Below are positions 30,636-32,000 of a stretch of DNA of 32,000 nt, piece after piece. Every line of letters begins with the position of its first letter. The first letter of the stretch is position 1. Below the pieces are notes generated by a model. It made no database searches and was not told where the DNA came from. It worked only from the letters and a program-made list of their open reading frames with translations. The translations under genes were made by a program, and so were the position numbers. The DNA comes from Pseudomonas phage OBP: the sequence record NC_016571.1; one strand, given 5' to 3'.

Positions 30636-31540
30636 TCGACCAAATTATCTCAGCGCTGAAAATCTCTCTGAATGAATGTAAGAAATTCGAGAACCCAGCG
30701 GAATACATTTATGAACTGAACATGGTTCTAAGTCGTTACAAAACAAACCTGTTCAACATGCTGGAAGATAAACACAAGTATCTTCATGATCCTCGTGAGT
30801 TCTTCCAATTCCGCATTTCAACTTCATGGCGCACTAAACCTGGGTTTAGCCGTGTTACTACGTTGAAAGACAATTCTCCCATTATGCTTCAAGTAAATGG
30901 GTTCCAACCATTTGCAGGTGAGCGTAAGAACAAAGAGAAGATCTATAATAAGGCAGTCCGGATTGATGACGTTATTGATCTGGAACGTATCATGTCTCTG
31001 AAGTCTGACCACTATTATTGCGGTCTGATGCAATCACCTGGATATGTTTCTGAAGAAGATGTGATTCTTACTCAGCTGGGTGCAGAGAAGTACGCTGAGA
31101 TGTCAATGTATCTTAATCTGGATAAAACAGTTGATGACGTGATTGTGTTTTCCTTACAGCTGAACTCTGTTGTGCCTGACAGTGTGATGGCTAAACATAA
31201 TGAAGCATCGGCAGCTGCAATTGCAGATAACCCAATGACTGCTAAGAAGCTGAGAACTCTTCAGGCATTGGCTAAGGTACACGAAGGAATGGAAGAACAC
31301 CGCATTCCTAAAGATGTCAAGATGTATATGGATGGTAAGATTCCTAATCTTGATAGCGATAAGGAAAGTATCCCGACCAATGTTGTTGATTCAATTTTTG
31401 GTGGTACAAAACAAGAAGCCGGTAGCATCTCTGCATCAGCTGTTAAAAAGACCGCACCCTTTCGGGCTAAAAATCATCTTAGGCTGGCCAATTTAAATGG
31501 TGGTGTAGGAGCCTCCCGTAAGAAGAATAAATTCTGGTAA
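30632..31540 (+). CDS. Hypothetical protein (302 aa)
   Basis: ATGA overlap with the previous gene. Basic C-terminus RKKNKFW. No motif recognised. Confidence 0.75.
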   Translation: MIDQIISALKISLNECKKFENPAEYIYELNMVLSRYKTNLFNMLEDKHKYLHDPREFFQFRISTSWRTKPGFSRVTTLKDNSPIMLQVNGFQPFAGERKNKEKIYNKAVRIDDVIDLERIMSLKSDHYYCGLMQSPGYVSEEDVILTQLGAEKYAEMSMYLNLDKTVDDVIVFSLQLNSVVPDSVMAKHNEASAAAIADNPMTAKKLRTLQALAKVHEGMEEHRIPKDVKMYMDGKIPNLDSDKESIPTNVVDSIFGGTKQEAGSISASAVKKTAPFRAKNHLRLANLNGGVGASRKKNKFW

Positions 31541-31550
31541 CATTAACATA

Positions 31551-31567
31551 TATCGAGAATCTCGATA
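31551..31567. repeat. Perfect 8-1-8 palindrome TATCGAGA-A-TCTCGATA
   Basis: It lies between the stop at 31540 and the RBS (TAAGGAA) of the next gene. Confidence 0.5.
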
Positions 31568-31577
31568 AGGAATAGAA

Positions 31578-32000
31578 ATGCAAGTTCTCCTCCATCGTTA
31601 CTTCAATCACCTCAAACCCGATAATGGCTTTTATAACATCGGGGTCCATCCTCAAATGGATAACGTTTTAATCGTAACGTTAACAGATGAACAAGGCCGT
31701 GTTGGCATACCTGCTGACCGTTGGGCAATGGACGTCTATACTGATAAACTATCGGCTATTATTACAAGCGCTGATAAATACGGGGTCTACTTCTCTCATT
31801 ATTCCATCAGACGTATTAATGATGGTGATGAGGATGGTAGTTTCTCTTTATATGCTACATGGGAAGACCTGGGCATTCATCCGAGTGCTGTTACAAAAGA
31901 CATTCTCAATCGTTACCGTTCATACCTTCGTGATTACATCTATACGAAGTTCTTCAGACACATCTTGTCATTGGGTAGTCGTTCTCGCAGAATCGCACTA
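31578..32000 (+). CDS. Hypothetical protein, N-terminal 141 aa only (runs off the right edge)
   Basis: Absent from the ORF track because there is no stop in the window. ATG at 31578 with TAAGGAA upstream. My translation is MQVLLHRYFNHLKPDNGFYNIGVHPQMDNVLIVTLTDEQGRVG..., open to the window end. Confidence 0.7.
   Translation, partial: MQVLLHRYFNHLKPDNGFYNIGVHPQMDNVLIVTLTDEQGRVGIPADRWAMDVYTDKLSAIITSADKYGVYFSHYSIRRINDGDEDGSFSLYATWEDLGIHPSAVTKDILNRYRSYLRDYIYTKFFRHILSLGSRSRRIAL

Noticed and set aside
1-32000. tRNA or rRNA genes, CRISPR arrays, IS elements, integrase or att sites
   Set aside because: No intergenic gap except 8630-8921 is long enough for a tRNA, and that gap lacks T-loop (GTTCGAATC-like) and cloverleaf features. 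I saw no spaced direct-repeat arrays and no transposase- or integrase-like ORFs.

Overview
This window looks like a densely packed segment of a large, probably jumbo, virulent dsDNA phage. The host is likely gammaproteobacterial or enterobacterial, because NrdB, YfaE and Tdk look host-like. I support about 51 protein genes and see no rRNA, tRNA, CRISPR array, transposase or integrase. Left arm (1-8629, minus strand): three large beta-rich, structural-looking proteins, two of which share an N-terminal domain, lie downstream of a nrdB-yfaE pair. From 8.9 kb onward nearly everything is on the plus strand. The exception is a short inverted paralog of the left-arm N-terminal domain at 14964-15566. 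The plus-strand genes fall into several groups. (i) Small membrane proteins, two Sec-signal proteins and several small paralog families of unknown function (8.9-14.9 kb). (ii) A metallophosphoesterase, four overlapping small membrane-protein genes and an enlarged thymidylate synthase (16.5-19.1 kb). (iii) Two genes with peptidoglycan-binding-like repeats (19.5-20.9 kb). (iv) A nucleotidase-like HAD protein, a GNAT and an enlarged DHFR (21.2-23.1 kb). (v) A ClpP-like protease, a membrane protein and a GroEL-like chaperonin (23.4-26.4 kb). (vi) Thymidine kinase, followed by several apparently highly expressed genes of unknown function. The most notable sequence-level observations are these. A conserved motif ATATTAY-N5-TGTA occurs six times in intergenic DNA upstream of gene blocks, often just after a terminator hairpin. 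A codon-optimised gene (28590-29252) has a coding signal that continues for about 75 more codons in the -1 frame, up to a strong terminator. There is a chaperonin-protease-membrane protein module with no recognisable GroES. The nrdB-yfaE cassette is host-like but has no adjacent nrdA. All functional calls rest on motifs I recognise by eye. No searches were run.
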